Below are positions 31,064 to 40,735 of a DNA stretch of 64,000 nt, piece after piece (within the stretch, counting starts at the first letter, position 1; each line of letters opens with the position of its first letter). The notes beneath the pieces are model-generated. The model was given only the letters and a program-made list of their open reading frames with translations, was not told the DNA's origin and did no database searches. The translations under genes and the position numbers were made by a program. This DNA is from Anaerolineae bacterium (GTDB lineage Bacteria > Chloroflexota > Anaerolineae > CAZYHC01), in the NCBI GenBank assembly GCA_034417895.1, contig DAOULT010000027.1:3738-67737 (forward strand), written 5' to 3'.

Positions 31064-32125
31064 TCAGAAGGGACCCTTAAAGCTTATATCTGGGACATCG
31101 AGCGGCACGGATGTCGTCACCTGCGATATAAGGTCATCCTTGCCGAGTCCCAGCATTCCCCTGGCGGTCGCTACGATGTGAACTGCTCGCGGATAATAGT
31201 GGTTGGCCAAAGCCGGGGTGGTCGGGGTGGGGCAATCAGGCAGGGCGATGCGTCGCGGTGGGCTTTTCATATCGGCCAGTGCTTCCTCCGCAACCCGTGC
31301 CACAACCTCAGCGCCGAAGCTCCCTGTCTTCCAGGCGCTATCGGCCACGATGAGTCGTCCTGTCTTGCGCACAGATTCCAGGATGAGAGACTCGTCCAAC
31401 GGCCTGAGGGTGCGAATGTCAATAACCTCTGCTCCAATGCCCTCCACGGCCAGCATCTCAGCCGCGCGGAGCGCTTCCAGAGTCATGTACGAGGTGGCGG
31501 CGAGCGTTACGTCGTGCCCCTCCCTGACCACTCTGGCCTGTCCTAGCGGCACGCGGTACACTCCCTCTGGTACGCTCCCCGTGATATTGTAAAGCCAGCG
31601 GTGCTCGATGAAAATCACGGGGTTGTTGTCCTCGACGCTGGCGATGAGCAGCCCCTTGGCGTCGTATGGCGTGGCGGGCATGACCACCTTGAGACCTGGA
31701 ACATGGGCGAACCAGGCTTGCAGGCTTTGGGAGTGTTGCGGACCCTGCCCCCAGCCCCGGCCAATGATCACCCGAATCACGAGGGGAACGCGCATTTGCC
31801 CGCCGAACATGTAATGCCACTTGGCAGCTTGATTGACGATTTGCTCCAGGGCCAACAGGGCAAAGTCAATGCGTTGATGCGTCATAATCGGTCTCATCCC
31901 CACCAGGGCTGATCCGATGGCTACTCCAGTCATGCCGTTCTCGGAGGTCGGCATGTCCATGACCCGGCTACTCCCGTATTTTTGTTGCAGACCCAGAGTG
32001 CTGCCAAAAATGCCCTTTGGATCAGGCACGCCCAGCCCCATAATATAAACAGCCGGGTCCTGGGCCATACACAGGTCAATGGCCTCATTGATAGCCTGGA
32101 AGAACTTCAACTCTCTATCCGTCAC
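31064..32125 (-). CDS. 2-oxoacid dehydrogenase E1 beta / transketolase C-terminal-like subunit
   Basis: DMPTSEN, GWGQGPQHSQ, PVIFIEHRWLY, IDIRTLRPLD. Confidence 0.9.
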   Translation of the reverse strand: MTDRELKFFQAINEAIDLCMAQDPAVYIMGLGVPDPKGIFGSTLGLQQKYGSSRVMDMPTSENGMTGVAIGSALVGMRPIMTHQRIDFALLALEQIVNQAAKWHYMFGGQMRVPLVIRVIIGRGWGQGPQHSQSLQAWFAHVPGLKVVMPATPYDAKGLLIASVEDNNPVIFIEHRWLYNITGSVPEGVYRVPLGQARVVREGHDVTLAATSYMTLEALRAAEMLAVEGIGAEVIDIRTLRPLDESLILESVRKTGRLIVADSAWKTGSFGAEVVARVAEEALADMKSPPRRIALPDCPTPTTPALANHYYPRAVHIVATARGMLGLGKDDLISQVTTSVPLDVPDISFKGPF

Positions 32126-32146
32126 TTGAGATTGCCTCCCTGGGAG

Positions 32147-33115
32147 CTACGGAGCATAGATGTTTTCCATAAGAAGCCGCTCTTCTGGAAAGGGGCTTTC
32201 CTTAGCAAACACAATCGCGTCCTCTATTTCGGCTTCCAATTCGCTCACCATACGGTCAATGTCCTGGTTGCAAAGGATGCCCTCCCTCAACAGACGCTCT
32301 TTCAACCTTTCAAGCGGGCAGCGCCGTTTCCACTCTTGAAACTCGCTTTCGGTTCGGTAGCCCAGATCGTTGTCATAGTAGGGGCCACAGTGTTCCCGCC
32401 AGCGATAGGTCTTAAACTCCAGGAGCGTGGGGCCGCCACCCTGTCTGGCCTTGCAAACAGCCCGTTCCGCCAATTGGTAGACCTCGATGACGTCATTGCC
32501 ATCGCCCTGATAACTCTCCATCCCATGTCCCTCAGCCAGCTCAAAAATCTCTCTGCTCTCAGGTTGGCGGACGGAGAGCGGGGAATACACGGAATACATA
32601 TTGTTCTCACAAACAAATACGACAGGCAATCTTTTAAGCGTGGCGAAGTTAATGCTCTCGTGAAACACGCCCTCCTCGGTTGCCCCATCGCCAAAAAAGA
32701 TCGCCGTCACACGTTGCTCGCCGCGCATGACTGAGCCGAATGCAGTCCCCACTGCGATCGGGATCGTGCTGCCCACGATCGGCGTGGCCCCCAGAAACCC
32801 CACGGAGAGATCCACCAAATGCATAGAGCCTCCTTTGCCCCTGGAGCATCCGGTCGCCTTCCCATATAGCTCCGCCACCATCGCCTTGAGATCCCCACCC
32901 TTAGCCAGATAATGCCCGTGCGAGCGGTGACCACTGAGCACGTAGTCATCGTCAGACAGGTTAGCACACACCCCGGCGGCAACCGCTTCCTGCCCGATGC
33001 AGAAATGGACAGGACATCTCATCTCCTGCTCTGGATAGAATTCGGCGATCTTCTCCTCGATCACGCGGATCCTGAGCATCTCATAGTACAGCCGTTTCAA
33101 GGCCTCAGCTTCCAT
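32147..33115 (-). CDS. 2-oxoacid dehydrogenase E1 alpha-like ThDP subunit
   Basis: HFCIGQEA, HRSHGH, GGSMH, FFGDGATEEG...ENN, TYRWREH. Confidence 0.9.
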   Translation of the reverse strand: MEAEALKRLYYEMLRIRVIEEKIAEFYPEQEMRCPVHFCIGQEAVAAGVCANLSDDDYVLSGHRSHGHYLAKGGDLKAMVAELYGKATGCSRGKGGSMHLVDLSVGFLGATPIVGSTIPIAVGTAFGSVMRGEQRVTAIFFGDGATEEGVFHESINFATLKRLPVVFVCENNMYSVYSPLSVRQPESREIFELAEGHGMESYQGDGNDVIEVYQLAERAVCKARQGGGPTLLEFKTYRWREHCGPYYDNDLGYRTESEFQEWKRRCPLERLKERLLREGILCNQDIDRMVSELEAEIEDAIVFAKESPFPEERLLMENIYAP

Positions 33116-33126
33116 AAGCTCCCCGT

Positions 33127-34134
33127 TTATTTTAGTTGCAGATGCTTCATAGTCTTGACGTTGTAATAGCGGATGTCCGTCATCGAGTCAGAAATCTTCC
33201 CCGCCTGGAAGGCGTCCGCCAGGTCGCGCACTGCGTCCTGGATGGTGTGCTGAGGCACAAAGCCCAACTCGCGCTTGATCTTGTCCGATGAAATGTGGTA
33301 GGAACGGTGATCATCCGTCGGGGTGGTGACGATCTCTATGTCTGTCCCCACCACGCCCCGCACCATCTCGGCAATCTCGATGACTCTGTGGTTCTGGTAG
33401 CCGGCGTTAAAAATCTTGCCGTCAATGGCTTCATCCGGCCATTCCAGCGTCCTGACGTACAAGTCGGTCATGTCTTCGATGTGGATATTGGGGCGCTTCT
33501 GCTGGCCGCCAAAAACGGCGATCCTTTTGTTGTTGATCGCGTGGTTGGTCAAGATGTTTACCGTCAGGTCCAGCCGCAGACGCGGTGAGTAGCCGCACAC
33601 CGTAGCCGGGCGCAAGATCAAGGTCACAAATCCAGGCTGCCGTTCCCTGAGCAACACTTCCTCGCACATAGCCTTGTACCTGGAGTAGTCCGTCAGCGGC
33701 TCCAGGGCCAGATCCTCGGTGACGTTCTCCTCTTCCTTGATGCCATACACGCTGGAAGTCGAGGCGTAGATGAAGCGGTGAACGTCGCTGTCCTTTGACA
33801 CCTCAACCAAATCAATGAACGCATCATAGTTGATGGACCGACCCAAGGCCGGGTCCAACTCAAAGCTGGGATCGTTAGAGATGCACGCCAGATGGATCAC
33901 CGCCTCACACCCAGGCATGACCCTCTCCAGCAACGCCCGGTCGCGAACATCGCCCTTGATTTGCTCCAGAGCAGGGTTATCCTTGACCGCGTCCAGCACG
34001 TGCTCCCCGTAGATATACAGATCAAGCACCTTCACGCCGTAGCCCTTGTCCAGCAGCTTAGGCACCAGCACGGCTCCAACGTAGCCTGCTCCGCCTGTAA
34101 CCAGAACTTGTCGTATCGGTTTCATTTCGGTCAT
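33127..34134 (-). CDS. NAD-dependent epimerase/dehydratase
   Basis: VTGGAGYVG, HLACISND, YSRYK. Start moved to ATG 34134 (ATGA overlap with the gmhA stop). Confidence 0.88.
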   Translation of the reverse strand: MTEMKPIRQVLVTGGAGYVGAVLVPKLLDKGYGVKVLDLYIYGEHVLDAVKDNPALEQIKGDVRDRALLERVMPGCEAVIHLACISNDPSFELDPALGRSINYDAFIDLVEVSKDSDVHRFIYASTSSVYGIKEEENVTEDLALEPLTDYSRYKAMCEEVLLRERQPGFVTLILRPATVCGYSPRLRLDLTVNILTNHAINNKRIAVFGGQQKRPNIHIEDMTDLYVRTLEWPDEAIDGKIFNAGYQNHRVIEIAEMVRGVVGTDIEIVTTPTDDHRSYHISSDKIKRELGFVPQHTIQDAVRDLADAFQAGKISDSMTDIRYYNVKTMKHLQLK

Positions 34135-34757
34135 GCGAGTTTCTCCTCCTCCGACCGTGACATTATAGCACAATCTGTCAAAAAGTGCGACAGCACAGAG
34201 TGGGCCGCTTCCACATAGCCGTAGACTTGCGAGGAAATGTAGAAATTCAGGTGGCCCAGGCGGCGCAATGGATTGTCGGCGCGAAAGCCAGAGAGCGTGA
34301 TAATCTGGCATCCCCGCGCCACGGCGGCCCGGACGGCACGCAGGATATTCTCCGACCGTCCCGAACTGCTGATAGCAATCAGCAGGTCGCCAGAGTCGGC
34401 CCACAATTCCAGCGGTCGTTCAAAGACACACCCATAGCCATGGTCGTTGGAAAGGGCTGTCAACAGCGGCGTCCCGTAAAAGACCAACGCTCGCACTCCC
34501 ACCCCTTTGCACAGATCGTTCTGCATGTGACTGGCGATGGCGGCGCTGCCACCGTTGCCTATCAACATGACCTTGCCTGAAGCGGCTCCGACCGATAAGA
34601 TCATCTCCGCCGCTTTGCCTGCCCCTTGGTCCAAAGATAGAGCTACGCCCTGCCCATCGGTTACTTGCAGGCCCAGCAGCAGCTCAGACAGTTTGTGAAA
34701 ATAGGCTGTAGCACTTTGGTCAATCACCTCAGTGTCCTCTCTCCCTGTCGAGATCAT
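34131..34757 (-). CDS. gmhA: SIS-domain phosphosugar isomerase (GmhA-like)
   Basis: IGNGGSAAIASH, NDHGY, AISSSGRSENI, YGYVEAAH. Confidence 0.8.
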   Translation of the reverse strand: MISTGREDTEVIDQSATAYFHKLSELLLGLQVTDGQGVALSLDQGAGKAAEMILSVGAASGKVMLIGNGGSAAIASHMQNDLCKGVGVRALVFYGTPLLTALSNDHGYGCVFERPLELWADSGDLLIAISSSGRSENILRAVRAAVARGCQIITLSGFRADNPLRRLGHLNFYISSQVYGYVEAAHSVLSHFLTDCAIMSRSEEEKLA

Positions 34758-34764
34758 TCCGCAT

Positions 34765-36297
34765 CTACTTCAACAAAGACTCAATATGCTTAAACAACGG
34801 CACACGCTCGATCGGCTTCCGATGGCCGACCGTGGCCACCGCCTGCGCTCCAACGGCGTTGCCGATGAAACCCACGACTTCCATAGGCGCCTGCTGGGCC
34901 GTGCACAGCGCAGTTATCGATAATACGGCATCGCCTGCGCCAACCCGGTCCACAATACGATTGGTAAATGCCGGGATCTCAGAGAAACCCTCTTCTTTGC
35001 CGTAGCAAAGACAGCCTTCCTGGCCTCGCGTGATCAGAACGCGCTCACAAGAAAGTTTTTCCGCCACTTCCAGGATAATATCCCTGGCATCTCTGAGCCG
35101 GCTTCGGACTTCCAGTCTGATTTCTCTTTCAGAAACGCATGTATAGTCCATACAGCGATATTTAGAAACCGTGTTGTAGCCCTGGTTGGCGGCGTTAGTC
35201 TGGGTGTTTACTACCAGGAAACGAGCTTGATCACACAAGATATCAATTGTTTCAGAGTTGAGCATACCGTGTCCATAATCGGCTACGATCACCACGTCGT
35301 ATGCGGGCAGTACCGCTCTCAACCTGGCACACAACGCCTGAGAATTAGCGGCGTTGTCTTCCTCGTCATTCATCACGTACACTTCAAATAGCTTCTGAAA
35401 CGGGTACATCTCGACGAATCTCCGCTTGACAATCGTCGGAGCATTCCCTGTATAGAGAAACAGTGTGTCAATCCTGGGGTCTAATTTTTCACGGATAAAG
35501 TCCTCCTGTGAATCCTGCGCCCCCAGGAAGGTGAGCACCCCCACCTGATCGCAAAAGGCGGCGACGTTATTGGCAACAGCTAAGATGCCCCCCGCAAACT
35601 TTTCGCTGGAAACGTATCTGGCGGCCAGGATTGGCTCTTTGCCGGACTTGCCAATGGTTTCGCAATACTGGTACTCATCAATAATCGTCTCACCTACGAC
35701 CAGCACCTTCAGCGAGCGGGCGCTTTCGAGATAGCGCAGAACATCGTCCGCCCGGTATCTGAGGGCAAAATCGGCCAGATAGTCGCTGACCTCCTGGGGA
35801 AAGACCGGCAAGTAGCGGTTAATCAGGTGCGAGGAGCTAAAGGTGATATCGTCTGTGAAGACAAGCTGACCACCTACGGATTTGACCGCTGTTTCCTCAT
35901 CAACGATCTTGCCTGTGAGATCTCTTTGCCGGTCTCTATAGTCAGCGCCTTTAGCATAGATATCGGGCTTGAGGAGTTTAATCGTTTCTACAGCCGTCGG
36001 CCAGTTGTTTATAGCCACGTAGTCAACACAATCCAGGGCAGCAATGGCCTCTGCGCGCAAATCCTGGCCGAACACAGGACGGTGAGGCCCCTTGTTCACG
36101 TACCTGTCGGGCGTTACAGTCACCGCCAGAATGTCTCCTAGCTCTCTGGCCCGCTCAAAATGGCGAATGTGTCCGATGTGCAGCAGGTCGAAAACGCCGT
36201 GGCAGTGGATGATCTTCTGGTCATCGTTCTGAGCGCGAAGTGAGGCCAGCACATTAGCCAGCTCTTCAATTGTCTTGATTTTGTCGTTCTGCCGCAT
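34765..36297 (-). CDS. Bifunctional nucleotidyltransferase (N) / PfkB sugar kinase (C), HldE/RfaE-like
   Basis: HGVFDLLHIGH, YAKGADY; C-terminal ADYGHG, ITRG, DRVGAGD. Confidence 0.88.
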   Translation of the reverse strand: MRQNDKIKTIEELANVLASLRAQNDDQKIIHCHGVFDLLHIGHIRHFERARELGDILAVTVTPDRYVNKGPHRPVFGQDLRAEAIAALDCVDYVAINNWPTAVETIKLLKPDIYAKGADYRDRQRDLTGKIVDEETAVKSVGGQLVFTDDITFSSSHLINRYLPVFPQEVSDYLADFALRYRADDVLRYLESARSLKVLVVGETIIDEYQYCETIGKSGKEPILAARYVSSEKFAGGILAVANNVAAFCDQVGVLTFLGAQDSQEDFIREKLDPRIDTLFLYTGNAPTIVKRRFVEMYPFQKLFEVYVMNDEEDNAANSQALCARLRAVLPAYDVVIVADYGHGMLNSETIDILCDQARFLVVNTQTNAANQGYNTVSKYRCMDYTCVSEREIRLEVRSRLRDARDIILEVAEKLSCERVLITRGQEGCLCYGKEEGFSEIPAFTNRIVDRVGAGDAVLSITALCTAQQAPMEVVGFIGNAVGAQAVATVGHRKPIERVPLFKHIESLLK

Positions 36298-36330
36298 ACC
36301 CCTTCCCCTCCTGCATTACCTGAGCTGGGT

Positions 36331-37338
36331 TCAGTGCGATGGACTACCCAGGTACTTGAACCAGTCCCGGGTAGCATCGGCTATGGATCTCTCGTCCCAT
36401 ATGGGTGCCTCGCGCCACTGGTCGATATTCTGAAGCATGATTTGCACGCCTTCCTCAAAAGTAACTTTTGGCTGCCAGTCTAGCATCTGCGATATCTTCC
36501 GAGTGTCCGCAAAGGTGCAGTCGGGTTCGCCAGGCCGCTTCGGAATATGCACGGTCTCTCCACCGAGCAGTCTCACCAAATGGTTAACGCTATACGTATT
36601 GCCCGACCCAACATTCAAGACCTCGCCCTCAATTTCAGATTCCGCGGCCCGCACAAAGGCATCAACCACATCGGCGACGAAAGTAAAGTCCCTTGTCTGT
36701 GTCCCATCTCCCACTACCGTAAAAGGCTTTCCGGCCAGCTTCTGGGCCAGAAAGACGCCAAAGACAGCCCCATAGGCCCCGCTCGTTCTGGTCCGCGGAC
36801 CGTAGACATTGAAGAGTCGGAGTGAAACACACGGCAGCTTGTATACTTTGTTCCAGTGCAGCACGTACTGCTCGCCGAGATACTTGGTAAGCGCATAGGG
36901 GTACATGGGCCTGATGAGCGCCGTTTCTGGGGTGGGAAACTCATCCGGAAGCCCGTAACAAGAGGACGAAGCAGCATAAATGAACCGCCTGACTCCGGCA
37001 GTCCGGGCGGCCTCGAGCACCGCGCTGGTACCATCTACGTTCGCTTTGTGGTATATGAGAGGCTGTTGAATGGAGGGCACGATGTCGGCCAGCGCCGCCA
37101 GATGGAAGACCCAGTCAACGCTCTCAAAGAACGGCTTGATCTCTGAATAACTCGAAACATCCAGGCGATGAATCGAGAGCCGCGGGTTGTCCTTGACTTG
37201 ATCCAGGTTCTCCATTCTGCCGGTGGAGAAATTGTCAAGCACCACCACCGTATGGCCGTCCGCAAGCAGGCGCTCCACCAGGTGACTGCCGATGAAGCCA
37301 AGCCCGCCGGTAATGATAACTTGCTGCGCATTAATCAT
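36331..37338 (-). CDS. NAD-dependent epimerase/dehydratase
   Basis: ITGGLGFIG, HLAALAD, AASSSCYG, PYALTK, GDGTQTRDF. Confidence 0.9.
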   Translation of the reverse strand: MINAQQVIITGGLGFIGSHLVERLLADGHTVVVLDNFSTGRMENLDQVKDNPRLSIHRLDVSSYSEIKPFFESVDWVFHLAALADIVPSIQQPLIYHKANVDGTSAVLEAARTAGVRRFIYAASSSCYGLPDEFPTPETALIRPMYPYALTKYLGEQYVLHWNKVYKLPCVSLRLFNVYGPRTRTSGAYGAVFGVFLAQKLAGKPFTVVGDGTQTRDFTFVADVVDAFVRAAESEIEGEVLNVGSGNTYSVNHLVRLLGGETVHIPKRPGEPDCTFADTRKISQMLDWQPKVTFEEGVQIMLQNIDQWREAPIWDERSIADATRDWFKYLGSPSH

Positions 37339-37391
37339 TCTCCCAGCCCTTCACACTCCTCAGATGCCCACTCTTTTATGTAGGCGCATTG

Positions 37392-38414
37392 TTAGATGCG
37401 GCCCACGTATCTGTACCCCTCATTTTTTTGCTCTTGCAACAGAGCATTAACCTCAGTTTTCAGCTTCGACGGAATTCTTCTTTTCAATCCGACAGGAATT
37501 CTCCCCCGTAACTGTATCAATAACTGCCTCAAACCGCGAGGGGTTCGCTGTGTGTCTGGCGAAGCTGCTCCCCCGTATCCTATCAAAGGCTTTCTCGCTG
37601 ATTCCTGTACCATTCTTTTTCCTGTCCTGTATGGTTCCCAGAGGTGCGCATCTCTGTATAGAGTCTGTACAGGTATCTTATCCCACGTTGAGGATGGGCC
37701 TTTTTCTGCTAATACTACCACTATCAGAAGGCGCTCGGATCGAAGATGACTATACTGATCATGTCCCTCAAACTCGTAGAAGTTCCATAGTTCGCCTTGA
37801 GCTATGCTATCAAGCTCGGCTACGTACACCTTGCAGTCCGCAAATTGATTTAACACGTAATAGTCATAGAAAAGGTCGGGGCCAAATGACAGATAAGCGG
37901 CGCCAGTAAAATTTGACGCCGCGTTCCACTGAATGATCCTACCACCAGTCCGCAGCAACTTCACAACATTCTCAAATGCCGTGCGGATATCAAACAGGTG
38001 ATCAAACGTTCCTCCGTCGATGATAAAATCAAATTGTCCATATAGTGCTTCCGGGACAGGCTTGTTGAGATCATGTACAATGTCACAACCTTCATATTCG
38101 CTAACATCTATAGTAAATAGCTCCTTAACGCCAAGCAGACCGAAGAAGGCATCGTCAGTGATGAAATTGGTCCCTTTTCCGACCCGGGTTTTCTGGTCGT
38201 GAGTGATTGCCATCTCCTCTAGAACTTGCTGAGGAGGCATATAGCCCTCTTGTTGTAGCAACTCAATAGCTTGTTCGTAGCTCATAGCAATCGTTTGACG
38301 GCCAAGAGTTAACACCTTGCCTTCTATAGGCTTGTAGAGATATTCTCGAACAAGCAGTCTAGCCAGTGTGGGCACAATCATCTGCATTCTCCTTAACTGT
38401 GAGTCAGCTTCCAA
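37392..38414 (-). CDS. Methyltransferase-fold hypothetical protein
   Basis: VLTLGRQ, DVSEYEG, DLN, FDFIIDGGTFDHLF; paralogous to the next gene. Confidence 0.55.
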   Translation of the reverse strand: MEADSQLRRMQMIVPTLARLLVREYLYKPIEGKVLTLGRQTIAMSYEQAIELLQQEGYMPPQQVLEEMAITHDQKTRVGKGTNFITDDAFFGLLGVKELFTIDVSEYEGCDIVHDLNKPVPEALYGQFDFIIDGGTFDHLFDIRTAFENVVKLLRTGGRIIQWNAASNFTGAAYLSFGPDLFYDYYVLNQFADCKVYVAELDSIAQGELWNFYEFEGHDQYSHLRSERLLIVVVLAEKGPSSTWDKIPVQTLYRDAHLWEPYRTGKRMVQESARKPLIGYGGAASPDTQRTPRGLRQLLIQLRGRIPVGLKRRIPSKLKTEVNALLQEQKNEGYRYVGRI

Positions 38415-38445
38415 AACTAACCATTCTGAGTCCCATTCCCATCTC

Positions 38446-39381
38446 TTAGTAGCGAGCTATAACTTTTAGACCTAGCCCTTTTCGCTGAAAGAACGAACGG
38501 AGCAGCCTAACAAGAGGTCGCAAAACTTGGTAGAGAAGTGGGAAACGTTTGGTAGCCTCTTTGATCACGTGAAACTTAGAGTAATGAGATACAGGAGTTT
38601 GAACAGTTTCCTCTTGATCCTCTATTTCATCTTTGGTTTGCCAAAAATTATATACATAACTTCCCTGCTGTGGGATCACATTCCCAGTAGAGTTCTTTGT
38701 CTTCGTTGCAATGCAAATGATGCCATACATGCCATCATCTAAACCACCCATCGATACTCGGCCTAAGCAGCCTGGTTGATAATCGCTGATTTCCCAAGGA
38801 TCCAGATGATGACGTGGGGTATATCGGAATACTTGAAAGGTGTTAATCTCAAATTTGTTTACTGCGTAAAAGTCCCAGAATAGAGTGGGTGAAAACATGT
38901 AAAATCCATGATCTATGTGATTCGAGGAAGGAGAAAGGTGAATAATTTTTCCACCCTGGCGCAACATTTTGTAGATGTTGTGTAGGGCATTCGGAACGTG
39001 AAAGACATGCTCGATTGTTCCCCCATCAATAATCACATCAAATGCTTCGAGTAAGTGTTCAGGAACTTCGCTACTATTAAGATCAAAAATGTGACTAGCA
39101 GATTCGTAGTCAGAAAAGTCCAGCGTTTCAGCCTCAGAAAAGCCTAACGACCTAAATAAACAATCATCAGATATGTACCCTCTGTCAGCAAACTCTGTCT
39201 TAGAAGAAAGAGTGATGTTGCCTGGGTTAGACAGTTCAACCCCAAATTCCACCGCCATTTTTTGAAGCAAATCATAAGAGAACCAAATATATTGTCTACC
39301 TAACGTGAGTACCCGCCCCTTAAATGGTCTTCGAGCCGCTTCCCTAAGCAGCACTTTTGCAGCACCCTTGGCTATTCCCAT
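38446..39381 (-). CDS. Methyltransferase-fold hypothetical protein
   Basis: VLTLGRQ, DFSDYE, DLN, FDVIIDGGTIEHVF, HIDHGFYMFSP. Confidence 0.6.
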   Translation of the reverse strand: MGIAKGAAKVLLREAARRPFKGRVLTLGRQYIWFSYDLLQKMAVEFGVELSNPGNITLSSKTEFADRGYISDDCLFRSLGFSEAETLDFSDYESASHIFDLNSSEVPEHLLEAFDVIIDGGTIEHVFHVPNALHNIYKMLRQGGKIIHLSPSSNHIDHGFYMFSPTLFWDFYAVNKFEINTFQVFRYTPRHHLDPWEISDYQPGCLGRVSMGGLDDGMYGIICIATKTKNSTGNVIPQQGSYVYNFWQTKDEIEDQEETVQTPVSHYSKFHVIKEATKRFPLLYQVLRPLVRLLRSFFQRKGLGLKVIARY

Positions 39382-40727
39382 CAGTCAGTCGCTCCCCTCT
39401 CAGATTCCGAAACATCATTGCCAAGGAATTCAGTATGCCAGGCCAGCCGAGGCCTTATGACTGCTGGTCCGGCCCATGAGCCAAGATACTCTTTGCACAT
39501 CTCACCCGTATCATGGACGTGGAATGACACCACATTGTCCTCAAAAATCTGGCCATCAGATATCCCTTTGCCCACAGCGGCAGTAACGCTGTACAACCCT
39601 TCATTCAGAAAGTTGCCAGGGATACGGCAAACGGATTGAAAGAGGCCCACCGGATGGGGGCGTGCGTTCCAAGGATCTTCCGTCAGGGAGACAGACCTGT
39701 GATTGTTTGAGGCGAGCACAAAGGTACCCATTTGATTTTTCAGGATTAAAGCTGAATATAGCGGTGCCTCCTCCTGTAGATTCCAATACACTATATGAAT
39801 GAGCACCTCTTTGGAGATGTCCACGTCCGCTGTAGGGCCGTCAATACCGTCCTGAAGAATACGCACTGCATGCAGGCGGACGATATCGCTCCCCGGCGCC
39901 TGAGCAGGATCGGGCCAGACCACCTCGCCGCCAGCCGAGCGCGCCGTTGCCAGATAGTACTGGACGACCTCGGCAGCCGGGCCATCCACTACTACCTTCC
40001 CCGCGTCCAACAGAATGGCACGCTGACACAGGTTGATGATACTGGGCATGTTGTGGGATACCAGTAACACCGTCCGCCCTTCCCGGCCTACCTCTCCCAT
40101 CTTACCCAGGCACTTCTTCTGAAACTCGTGATCCCCCACCGCCAGCACCTCGTCCACCAGCAGGATCTCCGGCTCCAGGTGGGCGGCCACGGCGAAGGCC
40201 AGGCGCACGTACATCCCGCTGGAGTAGTGCTTCACCGGCGTGTCTATGAACTTCTCCACCTCGGAGAAGGCCACCATCTCGTCAAACTTGCGCTCGATCT
40301 CAACCCGCTTCATCCCCAGGATGGCGCCGCTCAGGTAGATGTTCTCCCGCCCGGTCAATTCGGGGTGGAAGCCGGTACCCACCTCCAGCAGGCTCCCCAC
40401 CCGTCCGTAAATATCGGCGTAGCCCTCCGTAGGCTCGGTGATGCGGGAGAGGATCTTGAGCAGGGTGGTTTTCCCCGCCCCATTGCGCCCGATGATCCCC
40501 ACCACCTCGCTGCTCTTCACTTCGAACGAAACATCCTTAAGCGCCCAGATGGTCTCATCCATCTCGGCCGCGCCGTAGGCCTCCCCACGCAGCAGCTTGG
40601 CCGCCCGTCGGAAAGGAGACTGCACTGCTTCGGTCAGGGTCTCACGGATCGTCTTGTATCTGGCCTGGGGCCCGCCGATGCGATATTGTTTGCTCAAGCT
40701 CTCTACAAAGATGGCAGCGTTACTCAT
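39381..40727 (-). CDS. wzt: Glycan ABC exporter ATP-binding subunit with C-terminal Wzt_C domain
   Basis: GRNGAGKT, YSSGM, ILLVDE, VSH; about 190 aa C-terminal extension. Confidence 0.93.
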   Translation of the reverse strand: MSNAAIFVESLSKQYRIGGPQARYKTIRETLTEAVQSPFRRAAKLLRGEAYGAAEMDETIWALKDVSFEVKSSEVVGIIGRNGAGKTTLLKILSRITEPTEGYADIYGRVGSLLEVGTGFHPELTGRENIYLSGAILGMKRVEIERKFDEMVAFSEVEKFIDTPVKHYSSGMYVRLAFAVAAHLEPEILLVDEVLAVGDHEFQKKCLGKMGEVGREGRTVLLVSHNMPSIINLCQRAILLDAGKVVVDGPAAEVVQYYLATARSAGGEVVWPDPAQAPGSDIVRLHAVRILQDGIDGPTADVDISKEVLIHIVYWNLQEEAPLYSALILKNQMGTFVLASNNHRSVSLTEDPWNARPHPVGLFQSVCRIPGNFLNEGLYSVTAAVGKGISDGQIFEDNVVSFHVHDTGEMCKEYLGSWAGPAVIRPRLAWHTEFLGNDVSESERGATD

Positions 40728-40735
40728 CTATACTC

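Noticed and set aside
26278-33115. Reading the ThDP genes as housekeeping ilvB and pdhAB
   Set aside because: There is no ilvN, ilvC, E2 or E3 nearby, and the genes are embedded among NDP-sugar enzymes.
34164-34184. TTGACA and TATAAT on the minus strand near the gmhA 3' end
   Set aside because: The spacer is only 8 nt and both lie in coding sequence; at most an extended -10, so not called.
34135-34404. N-terminal extension of the 33127 epimerase ORF
   Set aside because: It overlaps gmhA in another frame; the ATGA-coupled start at 34134 with an RBS fits better.
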